From NCBI GenBank assembly GCA_050239825.1, contig JBFXGO010000001.1, positions 73,478 through 137,477 of the forward strand: a stretch of 64,000 bases of DNA, in the 5' to 3' direction. Below the pieces are notes generated by a model. That model saw nothing but the letters and a program-made list of their open reading frames with translations, did no database searches and was not told where the DNA came from. This document shows positions 18,696 to 28,715 of this stretch, in pieces; the first letter of the stretch is position 1, and each line of letters starts with the position of its first letter. The translations under genes and the position numbers were made by a program. The stretch is from a bacterium (GTDB taxonomy: Bacteria > Hydrothermota > 32-111).

Positions 18696-19427
18696 ATGAA
18701 GTTGAATGACAGACTGATAATCCCGCTTGATGTTGAGAAGTTGAGCGATGCTGAGAAGATTGTCCGTGAGCTTGAAGATTCCATAACCACTTACAAGGTG
18801 GGTCTTCAGCTGTACACAAGGGAAGGAAAAAAAGTAATTGAGATGCTTAAAAAATACGACAAATCTATTTTCCTTGACCTTAAGTTCCACGACATACCGA
18901 ATACAGTAATGGGAGCAGTCAAATCAGCGCTCGACCTTGGAGTCGACATGATGACAATTCACGCGATGGGCGGATTCGACATGATGGAGGGTGTTGCAAA
19001 GATGCTCTGGCAGAGAAAGAATGACGGAAAACACACCCCCATAATTTTTGCCGTGACATTGCTGACATCTCTTGATTCGGCATTTCTTATGGATGTGATA
19101 GGCACTACGAATAGAACTGTGGACGATGAGGTTGTCATACTCGCAGGCGCGGCGCAGTCTGCAGGTATAGCCGGAGTTGTGGCATCGCCTCAGGAGATAA
19201 AAAGCATCAGAAAGAAATATGGAAAAGAGCTTCTCATTCTGACACCGGGAATAAGACCGGCCGGAAGCGATAAAAATGACCAGCAGAGGACAGCCACTCC
19301 ATTTTCTGCAATGAAGGATGGTGCGGATTTTATAGTGGTAGGCAGACCGATTCTTCAGGCAGAAGATAAGATAAAAGCTGTAAAAAACATACTAAGGGAG
19401 ATGAAGGATGGACTTAAAGACTCTTGA
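18696..19427 (+). CDS. pyrF: Orotidine-5'-phosphate decarboxylase
   Basis: FLDLKFHDIPNTV, TPGIRP, DQQRTATP and VVGRPI motifs; AAGGAG RBS. Confidence 0.96.
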   Translation: MKLNDRLIIPLDVEKLSDAEKIVRELEDSITTYKVGLQLYTREGKKVIEMLKKYDKSIFLDLKFHDIPNTVMGAVKSALDLGVDMMTIHAMGGFDMMEGVAKMLWQRKNDGKHTPIIFAVTLLTSLDSAFLMDVIGTTNRTVDDEVVILAGAAQSAGIAGVVASPQEIKSIRKKYGKELLILTPGIRPAGSDKNDQQRTATPFSAMKDGADFIVVGRPILQAEDKIKAVKNILREMKDGLKDS

Positions 19428-19962
19428 AAAAGAGAATGTAATATTGAAGGGGCATTTCCTTCTGACAAGCGGGCTTCACTCTGACACCTATTTTGAGAAG
19501 TTCAGGCTTCTCGAAAATCCGAAGATTCTTGTTGAACTTGTCTCCAATGCGATAAAAAAAATGACATTCAGGGATATTGACTATGTGCTCGGACCGACCG
19601 TAGGAGGAATAGTCGTTGCTTATGAATTTGCGCGCCAGCTAAAATGCAGGGCGGCGTATCTTGAAAAACGCGAAGACAAAATGGGTTTGTACAGGCAGAC
19701 TCCGGTTTCGTCAAGTCACAGGCTTCTTTTAGTGGATGATGTTCTTACAACAGGAAAATCAATACATCAGATGATAGATGCGGTGAATGAAATGAAAGGA
19801 AACATAAAGGGAATAGCAGTTCTGATAGACAGAAGCAGAGACTCTAAATTCGACTGGCCTCTGTTTAGCGCCATGGCAGTTGAAGCAGAGATTTATGCAC
19901 CGGAATCATGCAAACTGTGCGACAAGAAAATTCCCATCGTGCGTCCCGGCGGAAAAAGATAA
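19408..19962 (+). CDS. pyrE: Orotate phosphoribosyltransferase
   Basis: GHFLLTSGLHSDTY and the LLVDDVLTTGKS PRPP motif. Confidence 0.95.
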   Translation: MDLKTLEKENVILKGHFLLTSGLHSDTYFEKFRLLENPKILVELVSNAIKKMTFRDIDYVLGPTVGGIVVAYEFARQLKCRAAYLEKREDKMGLYRQTPVSSSHRLLLVDDVLTTGKSIHQMIDAVNEMKGNIKGIAVLIDRSRDSKFDWPLFSAMAVEAEIYAPESCKLCDKKIPIVRPGGKR

Positions 19963-19983
19963 AAATCAAAAAGGAGGATATAA

Positions 19984-20733
19984 ATGTCAGGACACAATAA
20001 GTGGAGCACAATCAAGAGAAAGAAGGCAGTGGAAGACAACAAGAGAGGCGCCATCTTTACAAAACTCATAAAGGAAATCACTCTTGCGGCAAGAGACGGC
20101 GGCGGAGACATTGAGAGCAACGCCAGACTCAGAGCGGCAGTAGCTTCGGCAAAGAAAGCCAACATGCCTGCGGACAATGTCGAGAGGGCAATAAAGAAGG
20201 GCACAGGAGAGCTTCCCGGCGTCATTTATGAAGAGGTTACATACGGAGGCTATGGAGCAGGCGGAGCGGCCATTTTAGTTGATGTGGTCACAGATAACAA
20301 GAACAGAGCCACAAGCGAGATACGTCACATATTCTCAAGATACGGGCGTGAGCTCGGCGATGTGAGCTCTGTTGCATGGATGTTCGACAGAAAGGGTCTC
20401 ATAGAAGTCGACGGCACCAAGCACAAGTTTGATGATATTCTGGAAGTCGCGATAGACGCAGGCGCCGAGGATGTTGTTGACGGCGGAGAAGTTATAAACA
20501 TATATACGGCTCCCGAAGCCCTTTACAAGGTTAAAAAGATGCTGGATGAAAAGAAGATAGAATCTCATTCGGCAAATCTCACAAAGAAAGCCCAGTCCCT
20601 TGTTATTCTAAGCGAGAGCGATGCTTCAGTCATGATACGGCTAATGGATGCTCTTGAAGAGAATGATGATGTGCAGAATGTTTATTCAAACTTTGATGTG
20701 TCCGATGATGTTGCGGAGAAGCTCTCAAAGTGA
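19984..20733 (+). CDS. yebC: YebC/PmpR family protein
   Basis: MSGHNKWSTIKRKK, TDNKNR and DDVQNVYSN motifs. Confidence 0.96.
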   Translation: MSGHNKWSTIKRKKAVEDNKRGAIFTKLIKEITLAARDGGGDIESNARLRAAVASAKKANMPADNVERAIKKGTGELPGVIYEEVTYGGYGAGGAAILVDVVTDNKNRATSEIRHIFSRYGRELGDVSSVAWMFDRKGLIEVDGTKHKFDDILEVAIDAGAEDVVDGGEVINIYTAPEALYKVKKMLDEKKIESHSANLTKKAQSLVILSESDASVMIRLMDALEENDDVQNVYSNFDVSDDVAEKLSK

Positions 20734-21188
20734 ATATAATCGGTTTTGACCCGAGCTTGAGGCAGACCGGATATGCCATTGTTGACGCGGAAAAGCAGAA
20801 GATTATAACTGCGGGAGTCATAAAGACAAATTCCGAAAAGGACCTCAATGAGAGAATCTTTGAGATATTCAGGAATGCCGGAGAAATTCTTGAAAAACAT
20901 AATGTCTCCCACTCGGCTTTTGAAGAATCATTTTACCATAAAAATGTGCGCACCTCCAACATTCTCTCTCAGGTGAGAACCGCGCTTATCATCAGCTGTA
21001 TGGAGCGGGGGCTTACCATCTCGGTCTTCTCCCCCAACAATATAAAAAAATGCGTCACAGGAAGAGGACACGCCTCAAAAGAGCAGGTTCTCTACATGAT
21101 AAAACAGATATTTAAAATAACCGAGGATGTGCCTGACGATGTCTCGGATGCTCTTGCCATCGCATACACATTCCTTGCGAGGTCATAA
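20730..21188 (+). CDS. ruvC: Holliday junction resolvase RuvC
   Basis: IIGFDPSLRQTGY, VTGRGHASKEQV and DDVSDALAIA motifs. Confidence 0.94.
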   Translation: MNIIGFDPSLRQTGYAIVDAEKQKIITAGVIKTNSEKDLNERIFEIFRNAGEILEKHNVSHSAFEESFYHKNVRTSNILSQVRTALIISCMERGLTISVFSPNNIKKCVTGRGHASKEQVLYMIKQIFKITEDVPDDVSDALAIAYTFLARS

Positions 21189-21748
21189 TGAACTCATTCA
21201 TAAAGGGAACCCTTGTTCAGAAAACCTTCTCATATATTGTGATTGAAAACAACGGAATAGGCTATATGATGAGAATTTCCCTCTCTTCTTATGACAAACT
21301 TCCGCCGACCGGCGAGGATGCAATGCTACTAACATTCCTGTCGATAAAAAACGAAGAGGTGTCAATCTACGGTTTTTCTGATGAGAAGGAGAGGTCTCTT
21401 TTTTTAAAGCTTATTGATATACCCAAGATCGGCCCAAAGACTGCGCTTTCTATTTTCAATGCGATGACTCCTGAGGATTTTGAGGGATTTGTATTAATGA
21501 GAAACAGCGCATCAATCGCAAAGGCAAAGGGCATAAGCAGAAAGACGGCTGAAACGATAGTTCTGGAGCTTTCAGGAAAAATATCTGCTGATGGAGCGCG
21601 GATTGCCAATGACGCATACGATGCGCTTCTGGCATTGGGATTCACGGTCAAGGATATTGATGCGGTAATCAAAGATGTTATGGATTCTGTTGAAGACAAG
21701 ACTGACACTGAAAACATTGTCAAAGAAGCATTGAAGAGGCTCAGATGA
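21188..21748 (+). CDS. ruvA: Holliday junction branch migration protein RuvA
   Basis: NNGIGY, IYGF..ERSLFLKLI..IGPKTAL and ALLALGF motifs; synteny. Confidence 0.93.
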   Translation: MNSFIKGTLVQKTFSYIVIENNGIGYMMRISLSSYDKLPPTGEDAMLLTFLSIKNEEVSIYGFSDEKERSLFLKLIDIPKIGPKTALSIFNAMTPEDFEGFVLMRNSASIAKAKGISRKTAETIVLELSGKISADGARIANDAYDALLALGFTVKDIDAVIKDVMDSVEDKTDTENIVKEALKRLR

Positions 21749-22755
21749 ACAAAGAGATAATCACATCCTCAAAACTGATGGAGGATGCGGAGATAGAGGA
21801 ATCCCTAAGACCGAAGAAACTTAGTAATTTTGTCGGTCAGAGCCGTTTAAAAGAGAATCTCGAAATAGCTATAGAATCCGCAAAAAGGAGAGATGACATT
21901 CTCGACCACATCCTTTTTTTCGGTCCTCCCGGTTTGGGAAAGACAACTCTTTCATACATTGTGGCAAATGAAATGAATGTAAAAATATACTCAACAAGCG
22001 GCCCTGTGCTTGAACGGCCTGGCGACCTTGCCGGAGTGCTTACAAAGCTTGAGAAGGGAGATATACTTTTCATAGATGAAATTCACAGGATAAACAGGGT
22101 GGTTGAAGAGTATCTTTATCCTGCAATGGAGGATTTTGCCATAGACATTCTTATTGATTCCGGTCCCTCTGCGAGGAGCGTCAAGCTGAAGCTGAAACCA
22201 TTCACACTCATAGGCGCAACGACAAGAAGCGGTCTTTTGACTGCTCCCATGAGGTCCAGATTCGGCATGTCGACCCGTCTTGACTTTTACAATGATTCGG
22301 ATATTGCCGAGATTCTTAAACGGTCAGCAAAGATACTGAAAATTGAGTCGGATGAAGACGGATTTTTTGAAATAGCAAAAAGGTCCCGCGGGACTCCGAG
22401 AATCGCCAATCGTCTTTTAAAGAGAGTAAGAGACTATGCCGTGGTAAAGTCCGACGGAACAATAAACAAAGAGAAGGCAGAAAAGGCAATGGAGACCCTT
22501 GATGTTGACTCCCTCGGGCTCGATGATATGAGCGTCTTGATACTAAAGACAGTAATCGAAAAATACGATGGAGGTCCGGTGGGGGTCTCCACTCTCGCCA
22601 TATCCATAGGAGAGACATCCGAAACGATAGAGGAGGTTTACGAGCCCTTTCTTATTATGAAAGGACTTATGAAGAGAACTCAGAGAGGAAGAGTCGCGAC
22701 AAAACTGGCTTATGACCACCTCGGCATCAAGAGAGAGGGTCAGCTCTTCGAATAA
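21745..22755 (+). CDS. ruvB: Holliday junction helicase RuvB
   Basis: LRPK, GPPGLGKTT, FIDEIHR, GATTRSG and RGTPRIANRLL motifs. Confidence 0.97.
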   Translation: MNKEIITSSKLMEDAEIEESLRPKKLSNFVGQSRLKENLEIAIESAKRRDDILDHILFFGPPGLGKTTLSYIVANEMNVKIYSTSGPVLERPGDLAGVLTKLEKGDILFIDEIHRINRVVEEYLYPAMEDFAIDILIDSGPSARSVKLKLKPFTLIGATTRSGLLTAPMRSRFGMSTRLDFYNDSDIAEILKRSAKILKIESDEDGFFEIAKRSRGTPRIANRLLKRVRDYAVVKSDGTINKEKAEKAMETLDVDSLGLDDMSVLILKTVIEKYDGGPVGVSTLAISIGETSETIEEVYEPFLIMKGLMKRTQRGRVATKLAYDHLGIKREGQLFE

Positions 22756-23777
22756 TGCCGCACCTGAAGGATTTTGATTATAAACTGCCAAACGAGCTCA
22801 TTGCATACTCGCCAAAAGAGAGGGGAGAGAGCCGACTTTTGATAGTGGAAAGAAAGAGCGGATCTTTTAAGGAATCCGTGACAAGAGAGATCCCCTCGAT
22901 TATAGAGTATCCTGCAGTTGTGGCGAGAAACATCACCAAAGTTGTCAAAACGAGATTCTACGGACAAAGAGAGAGCGGAGGCAGAATTGAGTTTCTTGTC
23001 TTAAATCCGTACCAGAGTTCAAATGAATATTCATCACTCATAAAACGGTCGTCGAAACTGAAAATAGGCGATGCACTGCAGATAGCACCCGATGCAAAGG
23101 TTGAAATAATCGGAAGAGAGAGTAGCGTGTGGAGAATAAGAATAGAGACAAAGATGAGCAGTGCACAATTTTTTGAAAAATACGGGCATACGCCGCTTCC
23201 TCCCTACATAAAGAGAGCTGACGAGAGAATTGATGAAGAGAGCTATCAGACAGTCTATGCTTCGATTGATGGGTCTGCGGCCGCTCCTACGGCAGGGCTT
23301 CATTTTTCGGATAGCATGATTGAAGAAATCCGGAAAAGGGGGGGAGATTTTGCAGACATAATCCTTCATGTGGGACTCGGAACATTTGAGAGCGTGAAGG
23401 AGGAGGATGTAAGTAAGCACAAAATGCACTCAGAATACTTCTCTGTGACAAAGAGCGCCGCTGAGAAGCTTAACAGAGCCAAGGTAAAGAATCAAAAAAT
23501 TGTTTCAATAGGCACCACAACTCTGAGGGTGCTTGAAACAGTATTCAGCGAGTCGAAATTTTCAGAACAAAATGGAATGACCGACATTTTCATTTATCCA
23601 CCCTACAAAATAGAGAGCGCCGACATTCTGCTCACCAATTTTCATCTTCCGCAATCAACCCTTTTGATGCTTGTCTCGGCATTCGCCGGTAGAGAACTAA
23701 TACTCGACGCATATAATTATGCAATAGAACGAAGATTCAGATTCTTCTCATACGGGGATGCGATGCTTATATTATGA
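22755..23777 (+). CDS. queA: S-adenosylmethionine:tRNA ribosyltransferase-isomerase
   Basis: PLPPYIKR, YQTVYA, AAPTAGLHF, TNFHLPQSTL and FFSYGDAM motifs. Confidence 0.96.
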   Translation: MPHLKDFDYKLPNELIAYSPKERGESRLLIVERKSGSFKESVTREIPSIIEYPAVVARNITKVVKTRFYGQRESGGRIEFLVLNPYQSSNEYSSLIKRSSKLKIGDALQIAPDAKVEIIGRESSVWRIRIETKMSSAQFFEKYGHTPLPPYIKRADERIDEESYQTVYASIDGSAAAPTAGLHFSDSMIEEIRKRGGDFADIILHVGLGTFESVKEEDVSKHKMHSEYFSVTKSAAEKLNRAKVKNQKIVSIGTTTLRVLETVFSESKFSEQNGMTDIFIYPPYKIESADILLTNFHLPQSTLLMLVSAFAGRELILDAYNYAIERRFRFFSYGDAMLIL

Positions 23778-24838
23778 ATATTTTCAAGATAAAAAAATCA
23801 TCAGGAAAGAAGAGGCGCGGAGTGATAGAGACCGCGCATGGAACTGTGGAGACACCCAATCTTATGGTTGTGGCAACTCAGGGCTCTGTCAAAGCCGTCT
23901 CGGCAGTAGACCTTAGGGAATGGGGAAGCGAATTCATAATAGCAAATACATACCATCTCTATCTTAGACCCGGGCTTGAGATTCTTAATGAAGCCGGCGG
24001 TCTTCACAGGTTTATGAATTGGGATAAAACAATTTTTACAGATTCAGGAGGATTTCAGGTATTCTCTCTCTCAAAACTAAGAAAATTCAAAGATGACGGC
24101 ATAATATTTCAGTCCCACATTGACGGGTCATACCATACATTCACTCCGGAAAACAATGTGAGGATGCAGAGGTCGATAGGAGGAGATGTGATGATGGTGC
24201 TTGATGAGTGTATGGAGTTCCCTGTCACTCACGCCTATGCGAAACATTCTGTGGAGCGAACTGTAAAGTGGGCTGAGAGGGCGCGCAGGGAGTTTGAGGA
24301 AAGTTCTCCTCTCTACGGCTATAATCAGAGTCAGTTCGGCATTATCCAGGGGTCTACATTTCACGACCTAAGAAAAATGTGCGCCGAAAAACTATCTGAG
24401 ATTGATTTTGAAGGTTATGCAATGGGCGGTGTCGCAATTGGAGAATCGAAAGACTACATCAGGAAGGTTATAGACATGGCTGATGAGATAATGCCGAGAG
24501 AAAAATGCAGATATCTCATGGGAGTCGGAGAGGAGGATGATGTAAGATATGCTGTGGAAAACGGGTTTGATATTTTTGATTGCGTCATTCCTACGAGGAA
24601 TGCGAGGAACGGGGCTTTATTCACGAAGAACGGAAGGATGCTGATAAAGAATGCAAAATTCAAAAAGGATTTTGCTCCGGTGGAAGAGGGGTGCGATTGC
24701 CATCTTTGCAGAAATTATTCAAGGTCATATCTGCATCATCTGTTCAAAGCGGGAGAGATGCTTGGAGGGATTCTTGCGACAGAGCATAATGTAAATTATT
24801 ATCTGCGTCTTATGAAAGAGATAAGGGATTCTATTTGA
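23774..24838 (+). CDS. tgt: Queuine tRNA-ribosyltransferase
   Basis: ANTYHLYLRPG, TDSGGFQVFSL, YLMGVG, DCVIPTRNARNG and the CDCHLC zinc site. Confidence 0.97.
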   Translation: MNIFKIKKSSGKKRRGVIETAHGTVETPNLMVVATQGSVKAVSAVDLREWGSEFIIANTYHLYLRPGLEILNEAGGLHRFMNWDKTIFTDSGGFQVFSLSKLRKFKDDGIIFQSHIDGSYHTFTPENNVRMQRSIGGDVMMVLDECMEFPVTHAYAKHSVERTVKWAERARREFEESSPLYGYNQSQFGIIQGSTFHDLRKMCAEKLSEIDFEGYAMGGVAIGESKDYIRKVIDMADEIMPREKCRYLMGVGEEDDVRYAVENGFDIFDCVIPTRNARNGALFTKNGRMLIKNAKFKKDFAPVEEGCDCHLCRNYSRSYLHHLFKAGEMLGGILATEHNVNYYLRLMKEIRDSI

Positions 24839-24850
24839 GAAAAGATTATT

Positions 24851-25893
24851 ATTTGTTATTCGCTGATGGCAGGCGTAGCGTCGGCTCGCACACTCCGCTT
24901 CGCCGCTTTATCAAGATGGGATAGCGGAGCAAGGAGAGAACCACTTGATGGGCGTCTGCGCGGAGCGTCCTCGCCGACTTGTAGCTTTCACTTTCAATAA
25001 GTTAATTAATTGAATGAATCTTCTAAAACCATTGGCGCGGGTGTAATGTGCGCGAACGTCCATGATAGAAAGAACGGGTTGCACCAGAAGTTTTAGAAGA
25101 TTACTGAAAAGACTAAATATTAATCAACTCCCCGTATTAAGCTCATGGCACACGGCACACGGCTCAGGGCTGATTTAGTGGCTGCACGCGGGCATAGCAT
25201 CGGCTCGCACACTCCGCTTCGCCGCTATATCAAGATGGGATAGCGGAGCAAGGGGAGAACCACTTGATGGGCGTCTGCGCGGAGCGTCCTCGCCGACTTG
25301 TAGCTTTCACTTTCAATAAGTTATTTAATTGATTGAATCTTCTAAAACCATTGGCGCGGGTGTAATGTGCGCGAACGTCCATGATAGAGGTATCGGGTTG
25401 CACCAGAAGTTTTAGAAGATTACTGTAAAGAATAAATATTAATCAGCTCCACGTATTGTATTTAAACTCGCAACTCGTAACCCGTAACTCGAAACTGAAT
25501 TATCTTTTAATATTGATGACTGCACTGGAATTTTTCCTCGGAACTGTAAAGGCAAGTCATTTACTCATCTCTCCGTATTTTGCTCATGGCACATGGCTCA
25601 AGGCTCAGGGCTGATTTTGGGGGCTGCTGGCAGGCGTGCGTCAGCTCACACACTCCGCTTCGCCGCTTTATCAAGATGGGATAGCGGAGCAAGGGGTCGC
25701 CCACTTGATGGGCGTCTTCGCGGAGCGTCCTCGCCGACTTGTAGCTTTCACTTTCAATAAGAACCTGTTGTGGGGACACACCGAAGGAATGTCCCCAAAC
25801 ATTGAATAGCAGTGCGGAGATGCACTGGAATTTTTCCTCGGAACTGTAAAGCCAAGTCATTTACTTAATTCTCCGTATTATGTTTAAACTCGT
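24851..25893 (+). repeat. Modular palindromic repeat array 2 (3 cores)
   Basis: Cores at 24880-24978, 25199-25297 and 25640-25738, with the same modules as arrays 1 and 3. Confidence 0.95.
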
Positions 25894-25979
25894 ATTCAGC
25901 ACCTCTTTGCCTTTTAACCTTTTTACTTTTTTTACCCAGTACATATTATATTGTAATTGTAATTTAGAGACATTATCTA

Positions 25980-26007
25980 TTGACTCTGATTCATTTTATT
26001 GTAAAAT
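25980..26007 (+). promoter_or_regulatory. Sigma-70 promoter, probable leaderless transcript
   Basis: TTGACT-N16-TAAAAT ending 6 nt before ATG 26014; no SD sequence. Confidence 0.5.
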
Positions 26008-26013
26008 TAAAAT

Positions 26014-27693
26014 ATGAAGAGATTGAATGAAAAGAATTTTTTTATTATTTTTCTACTTATATGTTTCATAATTCTTACGCTGATAGGCATTGCGCATTTG
26101 ATATCAGTCTATTATGTCAATAATACTATTTATGAAAACCACAGAAATCTCACAGAAAGACTCTTAAAGACAGCAGAAAACGGAATAACCTATTACATAA
26201 ATGAAATTCAAAATGACATGACTGTCTTATCAAAGGCTGAGGATATAAAGTATTTCAGCAGGGGGGGAGAGAATCATGTGGAGCAATTTCAGCAGAGCAA
26301 CAAAGATATATACACGAATGTGTCAAGATTGGATAAGTATGGCAAATTAAAGTATACTTTTCCAAAGAATCCCGCGTCACTGGGAAAGGACCTGCTTTTT
26401 CAGGAACACAACAAAAAGCTCTTTGAAGAAAAAATAGCTGTTATATCAAGGCCATTCATGGCTGTTCAGGGATATAAAGCCATAGCAATTGCCATTCCGG
26501 TTTTTCAGGGAGATTCTTTTGACGGGTGTATTTCCGGACTAATTCCTTTTGACAGAATGTGGGAGCTGTATGTGAAGCATATAAAACCCACGGATAATTC
26601 TTTTGTCATACTTGCAAATCAAGAGGGAGGCATAATATATTCACCTGAATATATGTGCCAGTATGACAATGTCAGGCAGATGATGGATATATTCAGATTT
26701 GACGATTCTCTGTCATTTGATACGACATCGGACTATGCTCTTCAAAGAATTTCCGTTATTAAAGACCAAAACAACAAGCTTAAAAACAGCAGGTACTCTC
26801 TTATAAAATCCTCTCTCAGAATAGGAGACGACATCTGGTATCTGCTTGTTTACACGCCTGACAATGACATAAAATCTATATATCAGCTTGTCTTTAAGAG
26901 CCAAACTGTCTTTGCCTACCTGATAATTTTCCTGCTCGTTTTTACTGCCATTTCATTTATCAAGATACTAAATCAAAGGATCGAAGAGAAGAACAAACTG
27001 GTGCAGGAGATTTTTGAGGAGAAGCGTTTCTCAGAGGGAGAGAAGGAGTTTCTTGAAAATATCATAAAATCAATAATAAAAGTCAACGGACTCTATCTAT
27101 TTGTTCTGAAATCATCGGGAGAAATTGTCTTTCACAATCAGCAGGTTCTTGATGCTAAAAACTTCTACGAACTGACTGATTCCGCAAAAAAGAAGCATGT
27201 AAAGGAGTCCTTTGATTTTATTTACGAAAAGAACAGAGTGACTGCCATGATGATAGAGTTGGAGCTCTCTTCAAAGTATATAAATATTCTTTTCAACATT
27301 TCATCATTCACATTTAAGGAGGAGAGGTTCATTGTTCTTATGGGATTTGAATATTCAAAAATAAAGGATGTAAGCATAATTTCGGACATTTTTGCAGATT
27401 CTTTCAAGAAATGGTATACCAATGATAAGATGCTCTGCTTCATTGAAAGTTCGGGCAGGATTATCGCGGCGAACAGGATGTTTCAGAGGAGGTTTAACAG
27501 CCCCGAGTCGATTCTGTCGATAAAGAACTCCGATGAAAATCCACCTCTGGAAAAGGTTATAGCTGAAGTGTATGAGAATGTGAACGAGGTTGTGATTGAC
27601 CTGCGGCTTGACGGGAATAACAATAAAATGACCCTCATACCCATTGTAAACGAATTCCTCAAAGTGGAATACATAGCCGTAGAGATAAGCTGA
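26014..27693 (+). CDS. Membrane sensor protein with dCache-like domain and degenerate PAS-like cytoplasmic part
   Basis: Two TM helices flank a Cache-like region (GKDLLFQEH..AVISRPF..IAIAIPVF..FDGCISG). No kinase, GGDEF or MCP motif is seen. Confidence 0.65.
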   Translation: MKRLNEKNFFIIFLLICFIILTLIGIAHLISVYYVNNTIYENHRNLTERLLKTAENGITYYINEIQNDMTVLSKAEDIKYFSRGGENHVEQFQQSNKDIYTNVSRLDKYGKLKYTFPKNPASLGKDLLFQEHNKKLFEEKIAVISRPFMAVQGYKAIAIAIPVFQGDSFDGCISGLIPFDRMWELYVKHIKPTDNSFVILANQEGGIIYSPEYMCQYDNVRQMMDIFRFDDSLSFDTTSDYALQRISVIKDQNNKLKNSRYSLIKSSLRIGDDIWYLLVYTPDNDIKSIYQLVFKSQTVFAYLIIFLLVFTAISFIKILNQRIEEKNKLVQEIFEEKRFSEGEKEFLENIIKSIIKVNGLYLFVLKSSGEIVFHNQQVLDAKNFYELTDSAKKKHVKESFDFIYEKNRVTAMMIELELSSKYINILFNISSFTFKEERFIVLMGFEYSKIKDVSIISDIFADSFKKWYTNDKMLCFIESSGRIIAANRMFQRRFNSPESILSIKNSDENPPLEKVIAEVYENVNEVVIDLRLDGNNNKMTLIPIVNEFLKVEYIAVEIS

Positions 27694-27695
27694 AT

Positions 27696-28712
27696 ATGAA
27701 GGGCGTCCTTATGGGTGTGTCCGGAGGAATCGACTCTCTCGCGGCATCGCTTTATTTCAAGGAGAACAAATACAATGTAATTCCGGCATATATAATTCTG
27801 ACAGATATGCACTCTAATAAAGCTGACTCAGTTAGAAAGCTTTATGATTCATTTGGCATGAAAGTCGAAGTTAAGGATGAGCGCAGACTTTTCAAAGAGA
27901 AGGTAATCGACTACTTTTCAAATGCGTATAGAGTGGGCATCACTCCGAACCCCTGTGCCATGTGCAACAGAATGATAAAATTCCCACTTCTAAAAAAATA
28001 CTCTGAGGAATTTGAGTGCGACTTCTTTTCCACAGGGCACTATGTGAGAATTCTCAACAGAAGAATATTCAAAGCCAAAGACGAATCGAAAGACCAGTCG
28101 TATTTTTTGTCAACAGTAAAAAAGGAAGACCTTGATAAATTCATCAATACTCCTTTGGCAGATGCCAAAAAAAAGGATATCAGAGAAAGACTGATTGATA
28201 AGATTGAAATCACAGAGAAAGAATCTCAGGAGATATGCTTCATAGACAACAATGATTATGCTGACTTCCTTGAAACTTATAGAGGGTTTAAGGAGCAGAG
28301 AGGCAGTTTCATAGATGATGAAGGAATGAAAATCGGAGAACATCGCGGATACTACAGGTACACTGTCGGAGAGAGAAGAAACCTCGGGATGGGATTTAAC
28401 AGGAGAATGTATGTAAAGTCAGTTGACAGTGAAAAAAATGAAGTTCACTTGACTGACAGGGAGAATCTCAAGAGTAAGAGATTTTCCATTGAAATTATTG
28501 AGATGTTTGAAAAACTCTCGGACAAAGAGTATTTAGTAAAAACAAGGTACAGGCAAAAAGAAGTTCCGGGCAGAGCCTCTTTGACAAGTGAAAATTCAGC
28601 GGATATAATTCTGAATGAAGATATGGAGGCAATCACACCCGGCCAGATATGCGCAGTTTATGAAAAAGATATGGTTGTCGCATCGGGATTTATCACTAAA
28701 GAAACATGGTAA
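27696..28712 (+). CDS. mnmA: tRNA 2-thiouridine(34) synthase MnmA
   Basis: SGGIDS PP-loop, TPNPCAMCN, TGHY, KDQSYFL, ESQEICF and AITPGQ motifs. Confidence 0.95.
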   Translation: MKGVLMGVSGGIDSLAASLYFKENKYNVIPAYIILTDMHSNKADSVRKLYDSFGMKVEVKDERRLFKEKVIDYFSNAYRVGITPNPCAMCNRMIKFPLLKKYSEEFECDFFSTGHYVRILNRRIFKAKDESKDQSYFLSTVKKEDLDKFINTPLADAKKKDIRERLIDKIEITEKESQEICFIDNNDYADFLETYRGFKEQRGSFIDDEGMKIGEHRGYYRYTVGERRNLGMGFNRRMYVKSVDSEKNEVHLTDRENLKSKRFSIEIIEMFEKLSDKEYLVKTRYRQKEVPGRASLTSENSADIILNEDMEAITPGQICAVYEKDMVVASGFITKETW

Positions 28713-28715
28713 GAA

